From an uncultured Desulfobacterales bacterium (lineage in GTDB: Bacteria; Desulfobacterota; Desulfobacteria; Desulfobacterales; JBDRRP01): 64,000 bases of DNA. The DNA lies in the NCBI GenBank assembly GCA_964446485.1, contig CAYUOU010000001.1, forward strand, positions 131,209 through 195,208, in the 5' to 3' direction. Position 1 is the stretch's first letter. Every line of letters begins with the position of its first letter. The notes under the pieces were generated by a model that worked only from the letters and a program-made list of their open reading frames with translations, was not told the DNA's origin and did not search any database. The position numbers and the translations under genes were made by a program. Of this stretch, positions 1-9,454 are shown one piece after another.

Positions 1-591
1 AAGAAAATCGCCCTATACGAGTCGCGGGTGGAAAGGGTGGTGCGCCGCGGTATCCAGTTCATGGAAGACGGCGACGGCATTATCGTGCATTCCGCCAGCT
101 CCATCGTGACCAACATCCTGGTCCAGGCCAAACAGGTGCTGATGCGGGAATTTTCGGTGATCGTGCTCCAGCTCGATCCGGTTCGTACCCCTCAGGTGGC
201 CCACTCCCTTCATAAGGCCGATATTCCCTACCAGGTGATTCCGGCATTCAATCTGTGCCATTACCTGACCCAGGCCAACAAGATTCTGTTGGGGGCGGTG
301 AGCATCTCGAGGGATTTGAAAGTCGTGGCGCCGGTGGGTACCAGCTCGACCCTCAGCCTGTGCCGCTTCAACAACATCAAAAGCTATCTTTTTGCCAACT
401 CCTTTCACTTCTCCCATGGTCTGGGCGGCTCTCAGCGAATTCGCCAGGAAGAAACCAGTGTGGCCTCGTCTCGGTCGAGTTACCATCTAACCAGCCACTC
501 CCACGACCTGGTTGATATGGACCTCATCGACGTGGTGGTGAATGAAGACGGCATCGTGAATGCAGAGCGTCTATCCGAGCTGACCCGATAG
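1..591 (+). CDS. eIF-2B alpha/beta/delta-like protein (MtnA / ribose-1,5-bisphosphate isomerase family), 5' end outside window
   Basis: Frame 1 is open from base 1 (track ORF 28..591). The C-terminal half resembles the IF-2B family (IIVHSASS, LLGAVSISRD, VVNEDGIV). Subfamily not resolvable by eye. Confidence 0.55.
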   Translation, partial: KKIALYESRVERVVRRGIQFMEDGDGIIVHSASSIVTNILVQAKQVLMREFSVIVLQLDPVRTPQVAHSLHKADIPYQVIPAFNLCHYLTQANKILLGAVSISRDLKVVAPVGTSSTLSLCRFNNIKSYLFANSFHFSHGLGGSQRIRQEETSVASSRSSYHLTSHSHDLVDMDLIDVVVNEDGIVNAERLSELTR

Positions 592-605
592 ATGGCGTCG
601 TGGCA

Positions 606-1730
606 CTAGGCCGCCATGTCCTCGAGCACAATCCTCAGCATCCGGCGCAGGGGTTCGGCTGCCCCCCACAAGAGCTGGTCGCCAACCGAAAACGCCGTCA
701 GGTAATCGTTGCCCAGGTTCAGTTTCCTCAGTCGGCCCACGGGCACCGCCAGGGTGCCGGTGACCCTGGCCGGCGTCAGCTCCCTCAGGGTCTCCGCCTT
801 CTGGTTGGGGACGACCTGCACCCAGTCGTTGTGGGCGGCAATGATTGCCTCGATCTCGTCCAGCGGTACGGCCTTGGATAGTTTGATGGTGAAAGCCTGG
901 GCGTGGCAACGCATAGACCCGACACGCACACACTGCCCGTCGATGGGGATCGGCGCATCCTGGCGGCCGAGGATTTTGTTGGTTTCTGCGGAGCCCTTCC
1001 ATTCCTCTTTGGTCTGGCCGTTTTCCATGGCCCGATCGATCCAGGGGATGAGGCTGGCCGCCAGCGGGGCGCCGAAGTATTCCGTGGGGAAATCACCGGT
1101 ACGCATCGTGCCGATCACCCGGCGATCGAGAGCCTGAATGGCTGATGCCGGGGTGGACAGCAGGTCTGCCGCCGCATCGCCGATGGTCTTCATTTGCAGC
1201 ACCAGTTCACGCATGTTGTTGGCACCGGCGCCGGAGGCCGCCTGGTAGGTCATGGAGGTCATCCATGACACCAGGTTCTTCTCAAAGAGCCCGCCCAAAG
1301 CCATTAGCATCAACGACACCGTACAGTTGCCGCCGATGAAGTTCTTAACACCCACTGCCATCGCCTCGTCGATGACCTTGCGGTTTACCGGATCGAGAAT
1401 GATAACGCTGTCCTTGGCCATGCGGAGCGTGGACGCCGCATCGATCCAGTATCCTTGCCAGCCGTCCCGACGTAGTTGCGGGTGGCATTGCTCGGTGTAG
1501 GCACCGCCTTGACACGAGACGATGATGTCCATGTCCGACAAGCGCTTCACATCGTGGGCATCTTCCACCCGTTTGGCATGACCGCCGATGCCTGGTCCCG
1601 GCTGGCCGGCCTGTGAGGTGGAAAAGAAAAAGGGATCGAATCCGGTGAAATCGTTTTCAGCCCGCATTCGCTCCATAAGCACCGATCCCACCATTCCCCG
1701 CCACCCGACGAATCCCACTTGCCTTGCCAT
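606..1730 (-). CDS. asd: aspartate-semialdehyde dehydrogenase
   Basis: ORF 606..1790 trimmed to ATG 1730, which follows a GGGGGAG SD. N-terminus [17 protein letters not shown] and the GGNCTVS active-site Cys motif are typical of E. coli-type Asd. Confidence 0.92.
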   Translation of the reverse strand: MARQVGFVGWRGMVGSVLMERMRAENDFTGFDPFFFSTSQAGQPGPGIGGHAKRVEDAHDVKRLSDMDIIVSCQGGAYTEQCHPQLRRDGWQGYWIDAASTLRMAKDSVIILDPVNRKVIDEAMAVGVKNFIGGNCTVSLMLMALGGLFEKNLVSWMTSMTYQAASGAGANNMRELVLQMKTIGDAAADLLSTPASAIQALDRRVIGTMRTGDFPTEYFGAPLAASLIPWIDRAMENGQTKEEWKGSAETNKILGRQDAPIPIDGQCVRVGSMRCHAQAFTIKLSKAVPLDEIEAIIAAHNDWVQVVPNQKAETLRELTPARVTGTLAVPVGRLRKLNLGNDYLTAFSVGDQLLWGAAEPLRRMLRIVLEDMAA

Positions 1731-2015
1731 TTTCTCCCCCTTGTCTACGATTTTGAAAAGCGCTTCCCCCAGAGCAAAAAAACCTCTCAAAACCCTGAGT
1801 GCGGCTCTGAGAGGCGTGTGGTTGGCCGGTGTGCTGCTAATGCCGCTTCAAGAGCCGATTCCTTCCGGTGGTGGTCACTCGCCGAGTGCCGTCCTTGATG
1901 CAATCATTGGAAAAAGTCAAGTGCCGGTGCTGGTGCTGGAGATCCTATCCGCATGAACACTGCAAAAATGGCCAATATCGGCGCGGGGATGCTGTCGATG
2001 AGTTTCCACATGGGA

Positions 2016-3044
2016 TCACTTTCTTTCCATGATCGCCGGTTCCAGCTCGGCGATGGGGATCTCTTGAACCACCGCACTGCCCAGACCCGTCAAGAGTACG
2101 AAATGTATGCTTTCTCCAGCCCGTTTTTTGTCACGGCGCAGCGCGTCGATGAGCGCCGCCCCGTCGGCCGGAATGTCAAGGGGCAGTCCATAGTCGGCGA
2201 TCAGGATTTTCAGGCGCTCGGATTCGGTGGAAGAGAGCAGGCCGCGGGCCACCGACAGGTCGGCGGCGAATGCCATCCCCGCCGCGACGGCCTCGCCGTG
2301 GCTGACCCCGGTGGTTTTTTCGATGGCATGCCCCAGCGTGTGGCCGAAGTTCAGTTTGCGGCGCTCGCCCGCCTCTTTCTCATCGCGGTTGACAATGTCG
2401 GCCTTGAGGGCCACCGAGTCATAGACGAACCGTTCGATGACGGCGGTGTCCAGATTGCGGGCACCGTCGATGTTGTTCTCCATGAAGTCGAACAGGGGCG
2501 CGTTGCCGATGGCCGCGTGCTTGATAATTTCGGCGAAGCCGCTGTGCCGCTCCGCCCGGGGCAGCGTCTTGAGCATTTCCAGGTCGCAGACCACGAATTC
2601 GGGCTGGTTGAAGACCCCCACCATGTTCTTGTACCCGCCGTAGTTGACGCCGTTTTTGCCCCCCACGCTGGCATCGACCTGCGCCAGCAGGGTGGAGGCC
2701 ACGAAACCGAACCGGATGCCACGCAGGTACGTCGACGCAACGAACCCGGTGACATCGCAGACGATGCCGCCGCCGACACCCAGGACGAAAGCGGAACGGT
2801 CGGCTTCCCTGGCGATGAGGTCGCCGTAGAGCGCTGCGGCCGTGTCCAGGGTCTTTGCGCTCTCACCGACCCCCATGGCGATGACGGGGGCATCCGGGAA
2901 CTGATCCGCGTAGAGTTTTCCAACGATGGTGTCGGTGATGATGATGGTGCGGCCGCCCGGCACGTATTGGGAGACGTTTTCCAAACGCTCGCCCACCAGC
3001 AGTCGGGAATGCCCCGTGGCGCCCTGTACGTCGAATGTTTTCAT
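2016..3044 (-). CDS. aroB: 3-dehydroquinate synthase
   Basis: 342 aa. Carries the GVGGGIVCDVTGF nucleotide-binding loop, ASVGGKNGVN, and metal-binding HTLGHAIE motifs of the AroB family. Confidence 0.9.
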   Translation of the reverse strand: MKTFDVQGATGHSRLLVGERLENVSQYVPGGRTIIITDTIVGKLYADQFPDAPVIAMGVGESAKTLDTAAALYGDLIAREADRSAFVLGVGGGIVCDVTGFVASTYLRGIRFGFVASTLLAQVDASVGGKNGVNYGGYKNMVGVFNQPEFVVCDLEMLKTLPRAERHSGFAEIIKHAAIGNAPLFDFMENNIDGARNLDTAVIERFVYDSVALKADIVNRDEKEAGERRKLNFGHTLGHAIEKTTGVSHGEAVAAGMAFAADLSVARGLLSSTESERLKILIADYGLPLDIPADGAALIDALRRDKKRAGESIHFVLLTGLGSAVVQEIPIAELEPAIMERK

Positions 3045-3275
3045 GGATCGATTGAGCCTTTCTTCCGATAAAAAATATGCCGCGATTTTACCACAACTCC
3101 CTCTTCAGGCCAAAGGGTATCAGACGACGGGACGCGGAGCGTTTCCATTCCACAGTCCCAAAAGGAATGCTTCGCCTCCCCATCAATCCGATTCACGGCA
3201 GGTTTTGATGGTTGCATTTTGCCATCGGCTTGGCTAGACCATCCAAGGGAGGGCTCAAGCGCCTTCTTCCATTAT

Positions 3276-3298
3276 GGGAGAGGGTTGGGGGGGAGGGG
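3276..3298 (+). other. G-quadruplex-type motif
   Basis: GGGagaGGGttGGGGGGGaGGGG has four G-tracts of at least 3 with loops of at most 3 nt. Lies in the divergent aroB / UDG intergenic region. Confidence 0.35.
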
Positions 3299-3409
3299 TA
3301 TTTATAACTAGACACCATCTATACAATCAGCATTAATGGCCTTGACCTTCGATTGCCCCGTGTGCCGCCGGCCCGTAACGGTGAGCCCGCCGAAAGGAGA
3401 CGTCATCCC

Positions 3410-4126
3410 GTGATCCACCCACTGACCCCTGTCATAGAAACGCTTCTCCAGGACCTGGCGCCCCTGTCTTTCTCACCGCCGGTCAGTCATGTGTACAACC
3501 CACTGATCTACGCCCGTGGATCCAGTGAGCGGTATCTCTCCCGCTATGGCAGTCCACCACGGGAGATCCTGCTGCTGGGCATGAATCCAGGCCCTTGGGG
3601 CATGGCGCAGACCGGTGTCCCGTTCGGAGAGGTCTCCTTTGTAAGGGATTGGTTGGGGATCACGGCGCCGGTGTCTCCTCCCGACAACGAACACCCCAAA
3701 CGGCCGATCCTGGGGCTTGACTGCCCGCGCAGCGAAGTCAGCGGAAGACGGCTCTGGGGGTGGGCCAAGGAGCGGTGGAAAACCCCCGAGGCTTTTTTCG
3801 CGCGGTTTTTCGTGCTGAACTACTGTCCATTGGTGTTCATGGAGGCCGGGGGGAAAAACCGAACGCCCAACCAGCTGCCCGCCGCCGAGCGGACGCCGCT
3901 GTTAGCCGCCTGCGACCGTGCTCTGCGCCGCTCTGTGGAGATCATGGCGCCGCGGTATGTCATCGGCGTTGGGGCGTTTGCTGAATCTCGGGCGCGTCAG
4001 GCGCTCAACGGCATGGATGTCCGCATTGATCGGATCATCCACCCCAGTCCGGCCAACCCCAAAGCCAATCGGGGCTGGGCGGCTGTGGTGGAATCCGAAT
4101 TGGCCGACATGGGGATCACCCTCTGA
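3410..4126 (+). CDS. uracil-DNA glycosylase, SMUG1 family
   Basis: GMNPGPWGMAQTGVPFG and HPSPANP motifs match SMUG1-type UDG. The track ORF begins at TTG 3353. GTG 3410, 11 nt after AAGGAG, is preferred, but the start is uncertain. Confidence 0.78.
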   Translation: MIHPLTPVIETLLQDLAPLSFSPPVSHVYNPLIYARGSSERYLSRYGSPPREILLLGMNPGPWGMAQTGVPFGEVSFVRDWLGITAPVSPPDNEHPKRPILGLDCPRSEVSGRRLWGWAKERWKTPEAFFARFFVLNYCPLVFMEAGGKNRTPNQLPAAERTPLLAACDRALRRSVEIMAPRYVIGVGAFAESRARQALNGMDVRIDRIIHPSPANPKANRGWAAVVESELADMGITL

Positions 4127-4263
4127 ACACACAAACGCTCGGCGCTAGGAAAGGCTTGGGGCATTGTTGCGCCGGGGCCATCGCGCACTTTTCCGAGCCA
4201 AGAAATCGCTTGTTGCGCACCGCTGCACGTTGCCAGCTCTTGCACCGCGCCGGCGCCGGCCTT

Positions 4264-4650
4264 ATGTTAACTTCTATGGAGCCGACTTGGATCATCACAG
4301 TGCTTAACCTGCTGCACATGGCGGTGCTTGCCTTGGGTGTGGTTTTCTACATCAAGCTCATGCGATATGTCGCCCAACGGGAGCATGCCGTCGCTCCGGA
4401 AACCGATGAAACCTTTCTCGCCCGTATGGCGCTCATGCAAGGCACCAGTGAATACCGTCTCTTTCACCAGGCCGCCGATACCTGGAACATCTCTGGACAT
4501 CGTGCCGAAACGGATTTCAATGTCTTTGTCACTGAAGGGCGCATGCCACACTACGTGCGGGACTTCGTTCGCCGGGAGCGGCAAAAAGCGTCCCACCAGA
4601 CTGAATGCGCTCCCAACTGTCCGCCATTTGGGCCAGCACACACCCACTGA
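4264..4650 (+). CDS. hypothetical membrane-anchored protein
   Basis: Track ORF 4156..4650. ATG 4264 gives one N-terminal TM helix (WIITVLNLLHMAVLALGVVFYI) followed by a soluble tail. No recognisable family and no clear SD. Confidence 0.4.
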   Translation: MLTSMEPTWIITVLNLLHMAVLALGVVFYIKLMRYVAQREHAVAPETDETFLARMALMQGTSEYRLFHQAADTWNISGHRAETDFNVFVTEGRMPHYVRDFVRRERQKASHQTECAPNCPPFGPAHTH

Positions 4651-4711
4651 CACCCCGACCATCGCCATACCGGCATCTGCACAACGCATTCCTGCTGACC
4701 GCTTATTCCGT

Positions 4712-5791
4712 TTAGTTTGCCCGGAAAGGGCGTACCCGGTGACGGATCCGCTCACTGGCCACGTCTTCAGCAAACGTCTCGGCCAGTCGCCGGCCACCCT
4801 TCACCACGGCGTGCCAGTAGTCGATCCGGCCGTTGTCGTCCCCGGCAAATCGGTAGAAGTCCTTTCGATCGGATATTTTCCCCAAAGGCAGTGCAGCCAC
4901 GAATGACGGCGACGGGGCTGCCAGCAGCAGGGTGGCCAGTGATGACGGCGACGGTTTTCGCCAGGGCAGCGACTTGTCCAGCCAACCGGGTATGATCCGC
5001 TCGCTGTAATGGGGAAACAACGTGATTCTTTCCGGAGCGATGTGGTGCGGAATGTCCAGATGGTAGTCCAGGGCGCCGCCGTCGCGGTAGGTGCCGCATG
5101 GTGCTCCGGCGATCCCACGCACACCGGCCATGACCATGGGAATGCTTCCTGTTGCCATGAGGGCGTCCAGCGTGTTGTCTCGGGACAGTGGAATCCGCTG
5201 GGGGGAGAAACCCGCTATCGGCCAGCAGGGGGGATCATCGGCCGGGTGGTGGAAAAGCGCGCGGCTGAAGAAGAATCTCAGCAGTGATCTGTCAACGGTG
5301 TTGGCGGCCACCGCTGCAGACAACCCAACTGCCTGAAAGAGCCGGTTTTCCACGGCACAGAGATGGCGGCAGCGAACCGCCAAAAAAGACGGCCTCAGAA
5401 ACGGGTGGTTCAGCATGTCATCGACGCCGCCGGTGCCCAGGTAGGCCGCCATAATCCGGCGACTTTCCTTTGAAACCATCTTAGGCGTGGGGCGACGAGG
5501 ATAGAACTGGTAGACATACGCCCGCTCGAAAGCGGCCAGGGCATCGGCGGGGTCGCGACGGCATGCGGCGGCAAAGCGCCAGGCGCCGATGGAGGCGCCC
5601 AGTAAAAACAGTGGCCGCCGGCGCCCCCGAAACCATCGGGAGAAGAGGAAACGATCCAGGTGGCTCAACACCAGCCATTTGGGGCCGCCGGCCGCCCCGG
5701 CGACCACGTCCACCATGTCCGGCCGAAGCCCACCGTCACGAATCAGGGAAATGGCTTCCGAACCGGCGTAATAGACGAGAGGATGGGTCAT
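4712..5791 (-). CDS. patatin-like phospholipase family protein
   Basis: Gly-rich oxyanion loop AGAAGGPKW, GxSxG lipase motif GASIG, and a DGG (RDGGALDY) catalytic Asp motif. The start overlaps the upstream gene's stop by 4 nt. Confidence 0.72.
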   Translation of the reverse strand: MTHPLVYYAGSEAISLIRDGGLRPDMVDVVAGAAGGPKWLVLSHLDRFLFSRWFRGRRRPLFLLGASIGAWRFAAACRRDPADALAAFERAYVYQFYPRRPTPKMVSKESRRIMAAYLGTGGVDDMLNHPFLRPSFLAVRCRHLCAVENRLFQAVGLSAAVAANTVDRSLLRFFFSRALFHHPADDPPCWPIAGFSPQRIPLSRDNTLDALMATGSIPMVMAGVRGIAGAPCGTYRDGGALDYHLDIPHHIAPERITLFPHYSERIIPGWLDKSLPWRKPSPSSLATLLLAAPSPSFVAALPLGKISDRKDFYRFAGDDNGRIDYWHAVVKGGRRLAETFAEDVASERIRHRVRPFRAN

Positions 5792-7131
5792 AGTGCCGGT
5801 GATACCTTGAAAAAGGATTCGTCGAACGCCGGATCGTCGACGTATCGGGCCATGAACAGGCCCGGCAGTTGATCGATATGCTCGAACAGGCCGGGATCGG
5901 CGTCGATGCCTGCCCGGTGGAGGGCCTCGAGCACCTCATTGGGTTTCGGCGGGCATCCCTTGACAGCGATCATCTTGTTGATGGCTGGATTCTCCTTGTG
6001 CCGCTGATACATGCATTTGCCCAACAGCAGGGTCATTTTCTTTCCGGGCGTGGGGTCCATCATCTTTCCGGTAAGCACTTCCACATCGCCAAACGGCGCC
6101 CCCTTCCAGGCGAGGCGAATGGCCGAGAGCACCACGCCGTTCATCCCGGAACAATAGGTGCACATGGACGTATCGTATTTTCGGTAGGAAATACCGCGGA
6201 TGCCTCGCTTGTGGAAGGGACGCGGCAGGCTGTCACCGTTTTCACGGGTGTACTCGAAATCCCAGGCGTGGGGGTGGGCCACTGCATCGATGGGTTCACC
6301 CACTACCGCCACATCGGAAAGGTCGAGGGGGCGGCCCTGATGGCGGGCGGCGTGCACCAGGTGCGGTACGGTGGCCGGGTCGTACCCCAGGACGCGGGCG
6401 CCCACCATGTCTCCGGCCAGGACATCCGTCGCTGCCATGAGAATATCGCTGCGCCGGAGCTTGCCGTCAAATCCGGGACCCCGCTCGTTGGTGTAAATGC
6501 CGTCGTAGACCACCAGCATGGGCGGCATGGGATCGGCGAGGCGGGAGATCATGAAGTGAAGATCTCTATCCGGGTCGGCGCTGTGGCACCGCTTTCGGGA
6601 GGGGATGTCGATGCAGCCTTTAAGGTTTTTAATGCCAAGGCTCACCATGGTCTGATTGTGTGCCTTCATGACCGGCACATTCACCACGAAATCGGCGTTC
6701 AGAATGTCGGTGTTGATTGCCAGGCGAATGCCGTCCCCGAGATCCACGGTTTCGAAGGGCCGCACCATCACATTGACGATTTCAACGCCGTAGCGCTGTT
6801 TCAACGCACCGTAGCCCAGGCTTTCAAATGCGTGCTGAGGGGTCCTCACGTCCCTGGGGTCCGCCGTGACGATGCCCTCTCCGATGGTGATGGCACCGGC
6901 GCCGTGCGCCTTCAGCAGTGCCACCATGTCGGCAATGACCCGTGAGGTGGTCACCACGCCCCATTTGGGAAAGTTTACGGCACGGGTCCAAAAAACGATA
7001 TTGGGCTTGATGAACACCTTCGCCCCACCGGGCATGGCGGCCAGGCCGTCGCAGCCGGCCACCACGGATTCAACGGATGCATGGGGTAAGGTGTACCGAG
7101 CGATGGCCACCCGATGTCTGGTGGTTTCCAT
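5788..7131 (-). CDS. DUF362 domain-containing protein
   Basis: 447 aa. KVFIKPNIV and GAITIGEG segments are typical of DUF362. Cys-rich C-terminal part (CTYCSG, KGCPPKP). GAGAGG SD before ATG 7131. Confidence 0.68.
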   Translation of the reverse strand: METTRHRVAIARYTLPHASVESVVAGCDGLAAMPGGAKVFIKPNIVFWTRAVNFPKWGVVTTSRVIADMVALLKAHGAGAITIGEGIVTADPRDVRTPQHAFESLGYGALKQRYGVEIVNVMVRPFETVDLGDGIRLAINTDILNADFVVNVPVMKAHNQTMVSLGIKNLKGCIDIPSRKRCHSADPDRDLHFMISRLADPMPPMLVVYDGIYTNERGPGFDGKLRRSDILMAATDVLAGDMVGARVLGYDPATVPHLVHAARHQGRPLDLSDVAVVGEPIDAVAHPHAWDFEYTRENGDSLPRPFHKRGIRGISYRKYDTSMCTYCSGMNGVVLSAIRLAWKGAPFGDVEVLTGKMMDPTPGKKMTLLLGKCMYQRHKENPAINKMIAVKGCPPKPNEVLEALHRAGIDADPGLFEHIDQLPGLFMARYVDDPAFDESFFKVSPAL

Positions 7132-7328
7132 GGATCCTCTCTTGTCTTGTCAGCCCCCCGCGCCGATCTACGTCGGAAGCCGATGTCAACGACTTCAAGG
7201 CGTTTGATTGGCGGCAGAAAGACCGGTAAGGCATATCGGCACGGTGCCATCCTGTCAACGTCAAATATCGAACGCTTGTTCGATAAATCTTGACAAAAAA
7301 CGGGTATGCCCGGTAGAGAGATGCCCGG

Positions 7329-8012
7329 ATGATCACCATTTACGCCATACGTCACGGAAAGGCCAGCTTCGGCGCCAGCGACTACGATCGTCTGTCTTCA
7401 CCGGGCATTCGCCAGTCGGAATTGCTTGGGGACTACCTCAATGCCGTGGGAATCCATTTCGACATGGTGGTTACCGGGCGACATCGCCGGCAACGTGAAA
7501 CAGCGGCGCATGTCGCCCGACGCATGCCGGGAATGCCCACCCCGACGGTCATGCCCGAATTCGATGAATTTGATACCGACGCCATCCTTTCCCTGGTGAG
7601 TGACAAAACCGGCCGCATCGGTTTCTCCGGCGCCGCGCCGCCTTCACTGCCGTCATTCAAATCGGCCATGGAGACCGCCCTCGCCAGAGCCCTTGCCACG
7701 CCGGAATGCCTGGCCCCCGAGCACCGACTGGACCGGTTCATCCAACGAGCCGGCGCCGGTATTTCCAAGCTTGTCGGCGATCTGCCGGAAGGCGGCACCA
7801 TCGGCGTGTTTACTTCGGGCGGAACTATGGCGGCCTTCATGCAAATCGCCTTGAACATCCATATTGCCGAAACGATTCGGCTGCCGTGGCAGATTTTCAA
7901 CACGGCGTTCTCCACGTTCATTCATGACGGGGTGCGGCTGGAACTTCAGTCCTTCAACACGCTGCCCCACTTGGCCCAGCCGGGCCGTGAGGACATGATC
8001 ACGTTACTGTGA
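7329..8012 (+). CDS. histidine phosphatase (phosphoglycerate mutase-like) family protein
   Basis: N-terminal IYAIRHGKA catalytic RHG motif. 227 aa. Confidence 0.8.
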   Translation: MITIYAIRHGKASFGASDYDRLSSPGIRQSELLGDYLNAVGIHFDMVVTGRHRRQRETAAHVARRMPGMPTPTVMPEFDEFDTDAILSLVSDKTGRIGFSGAAPPSLPSFKSAMETALARALATPECLAPEHRLDRFIQRAGAGISKLVGDLPEGGTIGVFTSGGTMAAFMQIALNIHIAETIRLPWQIFNTAFSTFIHDGVRLELQSFNTLPHLAQPGREDMITLL

Positions 8013-8040
8013 AGGGCGGAATATTCGGACGGGAGACGAG

Positions 8041-8086
8041 GAGGCCTTTTTCAGGCGGGTCCGGCCAGCCCGGCGCCCCGCTTATC
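8041..8086 (+). repeat. GC-rich intergenic repeat, copy 1
   Basis: 38/46 identity with 60021..60066 by hand alignment. The perfect 21-nt core GGTCCGGCCAGCCCGGCGCCC is at 8058..8078. Starts 28 nt after a plus-strand stop codon. Confidence 0.65.
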
Positions 8087-8242
8087 CCAAAGCGGACAGT
8101 GCTCCAATATTTTAGTCTCCTTCCAAAATGCCGATTTAATCGGTATGCTGGACCGCGCCACTAAACGGGGCCCGGACGATATTACAGGGCAGTGCGGTTG
8201 CGGTCTATCAACTCGGGCAGTAGCCGGAAAGGGGACGCTTCT

Positions 8243-9424
8243 ATGAATTTGCAATGGTTGCGTGTGGTGACCACGTTGGTTTGGCTGATACCATTTGGTG
8301 CACCCGGCCCATCGATCCATGCAGCCGAGCCCCCGATCCTCATCGGCGCTACGCTGTCGCTGACCGGCAAATACCAGGACCCCGCGAAGATGATGCAGAA
8401 TGCCAGCCGTTTGTGGGCCCGACAGGTCAATGCCAGAGGCGGCCTGCTGGGGCGGCCGGTTCGGCTGATAATTTATGACGATCAAAGTGACCCGGACCGA
8501 GTGGCGATGCTATATGAAAGGCTTATTACTCAGGACGGGGTCGATTTGGTGCTCTCGCCATATGGCACGCCATTGACACTCAGGGCGACGGAAGTGACGG
8601 AGCGACATGAAAAGGTGATGATGGCGGCGGCGGCCGCGGGCCGATCCATCTGGGAGCGGCGGCATCGATATGTGTTCGGTGTCTATGCGCTGGCCGACCG
8701 CTATTTCATCGGTCAATTGGATCTTATGGCCCGTCATGGCCTGAAGTCGGTTTATATCTTCTACGAAGACAGCCCTTTCAATCGGGATGCGGCGGCTGGC
8801 GCAGCCGAATGGGCCGAACGTTTCGGGGTTCGTGTTATTAAGTCTGTGGCTTTCGTCGACGGTTCCAAGGAGTTGCCGGGGCTCATGGCCAATATGCCGG
8901 AATCTACGGACCACGGACTTATCTTTTCCGCATACCCCCCCGACGTCTACAGGTTTTTGAAGTTGATGCAATCCGGGGGGCGGCGACCGGCGGCCGTGGG
9001 GATGACCATAGCTCCGATTCATCCGGACTTCATAAAGCGGGCGGGCCCTATCGGCGAAGGCGTCTTTAGCCCATCCCAATGGGAGCCGGATGAACGTATC
9101 CCATTTCCCGGAACGCGCAAGTTCATCACCGATTTCCGAGCTTTTTCCGGAAACCTGCCCTCCTATCATGCCGGCTCCGCTTATGCGGCGTGCGGTATTC
9201 TAGAGGACGCTGTCAACGCCACAGGCGCGATTGACCACGAACAATTGCGTGAAGTGATCGTCGCACTGGACACCGTTACCATCATCGGTCGGTTCAAGGT
9301 GGATCACACCGGCAAGCAAATAGGCCACAATCCGATGCTGATCCAGTGGCAGAATGGAAAAAAACAAATCGTCTACCCCCTGAAAATGCAAACCGCACCG
9401 GCGGTGTTTTCTTTTAGCCAATAA
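8243..9424 (+). CDS. periplasmic substrate-binding protein, LivK/PBP1 (branched-chain amino acid binding-like) family
   Basis: ATG 8243 after GGAAAGGGG. Signal peptide ending in HAAEPP. ILIGATLSLTGKY and GRPVRLIIYDDQSDP are typical of type-1 PBPs. No ABC permease or ATPase genes nearby. Confidence 0.8.
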   Translation: MNLQWLRVVTTLVWLIPFGAPGPSIHAAEPPILIGATLSLTGKYQDPAKMMQNASRLWARQVNARGGLLGRPVRLIIYDDQSDPDRVAMLYERLITQDGVDLVLSPYGTPLTLRATEVTERHEKVMMAAAAAGRSIWERRHRYVFGVYALADRYFIGQLDLMARHGLKSVYIFYEDSPFNRDAAAGAAEWAERFGVRVIKSVAFVDGSKELPGLMANMPESTDHGLIFSAYPPDVYRFLKLMQSGGRRPAAVGMTIAPIHPDFIKRAGPIGEGVFSPSQWEPDERIPFPGTRKFITDFRAFSGNLPSYHAGSAYAACGILEDAVNATGAIDHEQLREVIVALDTVTIIGRFKVDHTGKQIGHNPMLIQWQNGKKQIVYPLKMQTAPAVFSFSQ

Positions 9425-9454
9425 CGACGCTTAAAATAAGCAACCGAACCGTAC

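Noticed and set aside
1953-3071. Long ORFs on the strand opposite confidently assigned genes. Examples: 1953..3071 vs aroB, 5869..6945 vs DUF362, 9431..10414 vs the hybrid kinase, 38318..39358 vs the kinase/activator, 44816..45922 vs mutY, 53662..54828 vs hrpB, and 57139..58344 vs dinB.
   Set aside because: Their translations are low-complexity and Arg/Gly/Pro/His-rich, with no recognisable motifs and no SD. Each mirrors a gene with clear family signatures. This is typical stop-codon-poor antisense frames in GC-rich DNA.
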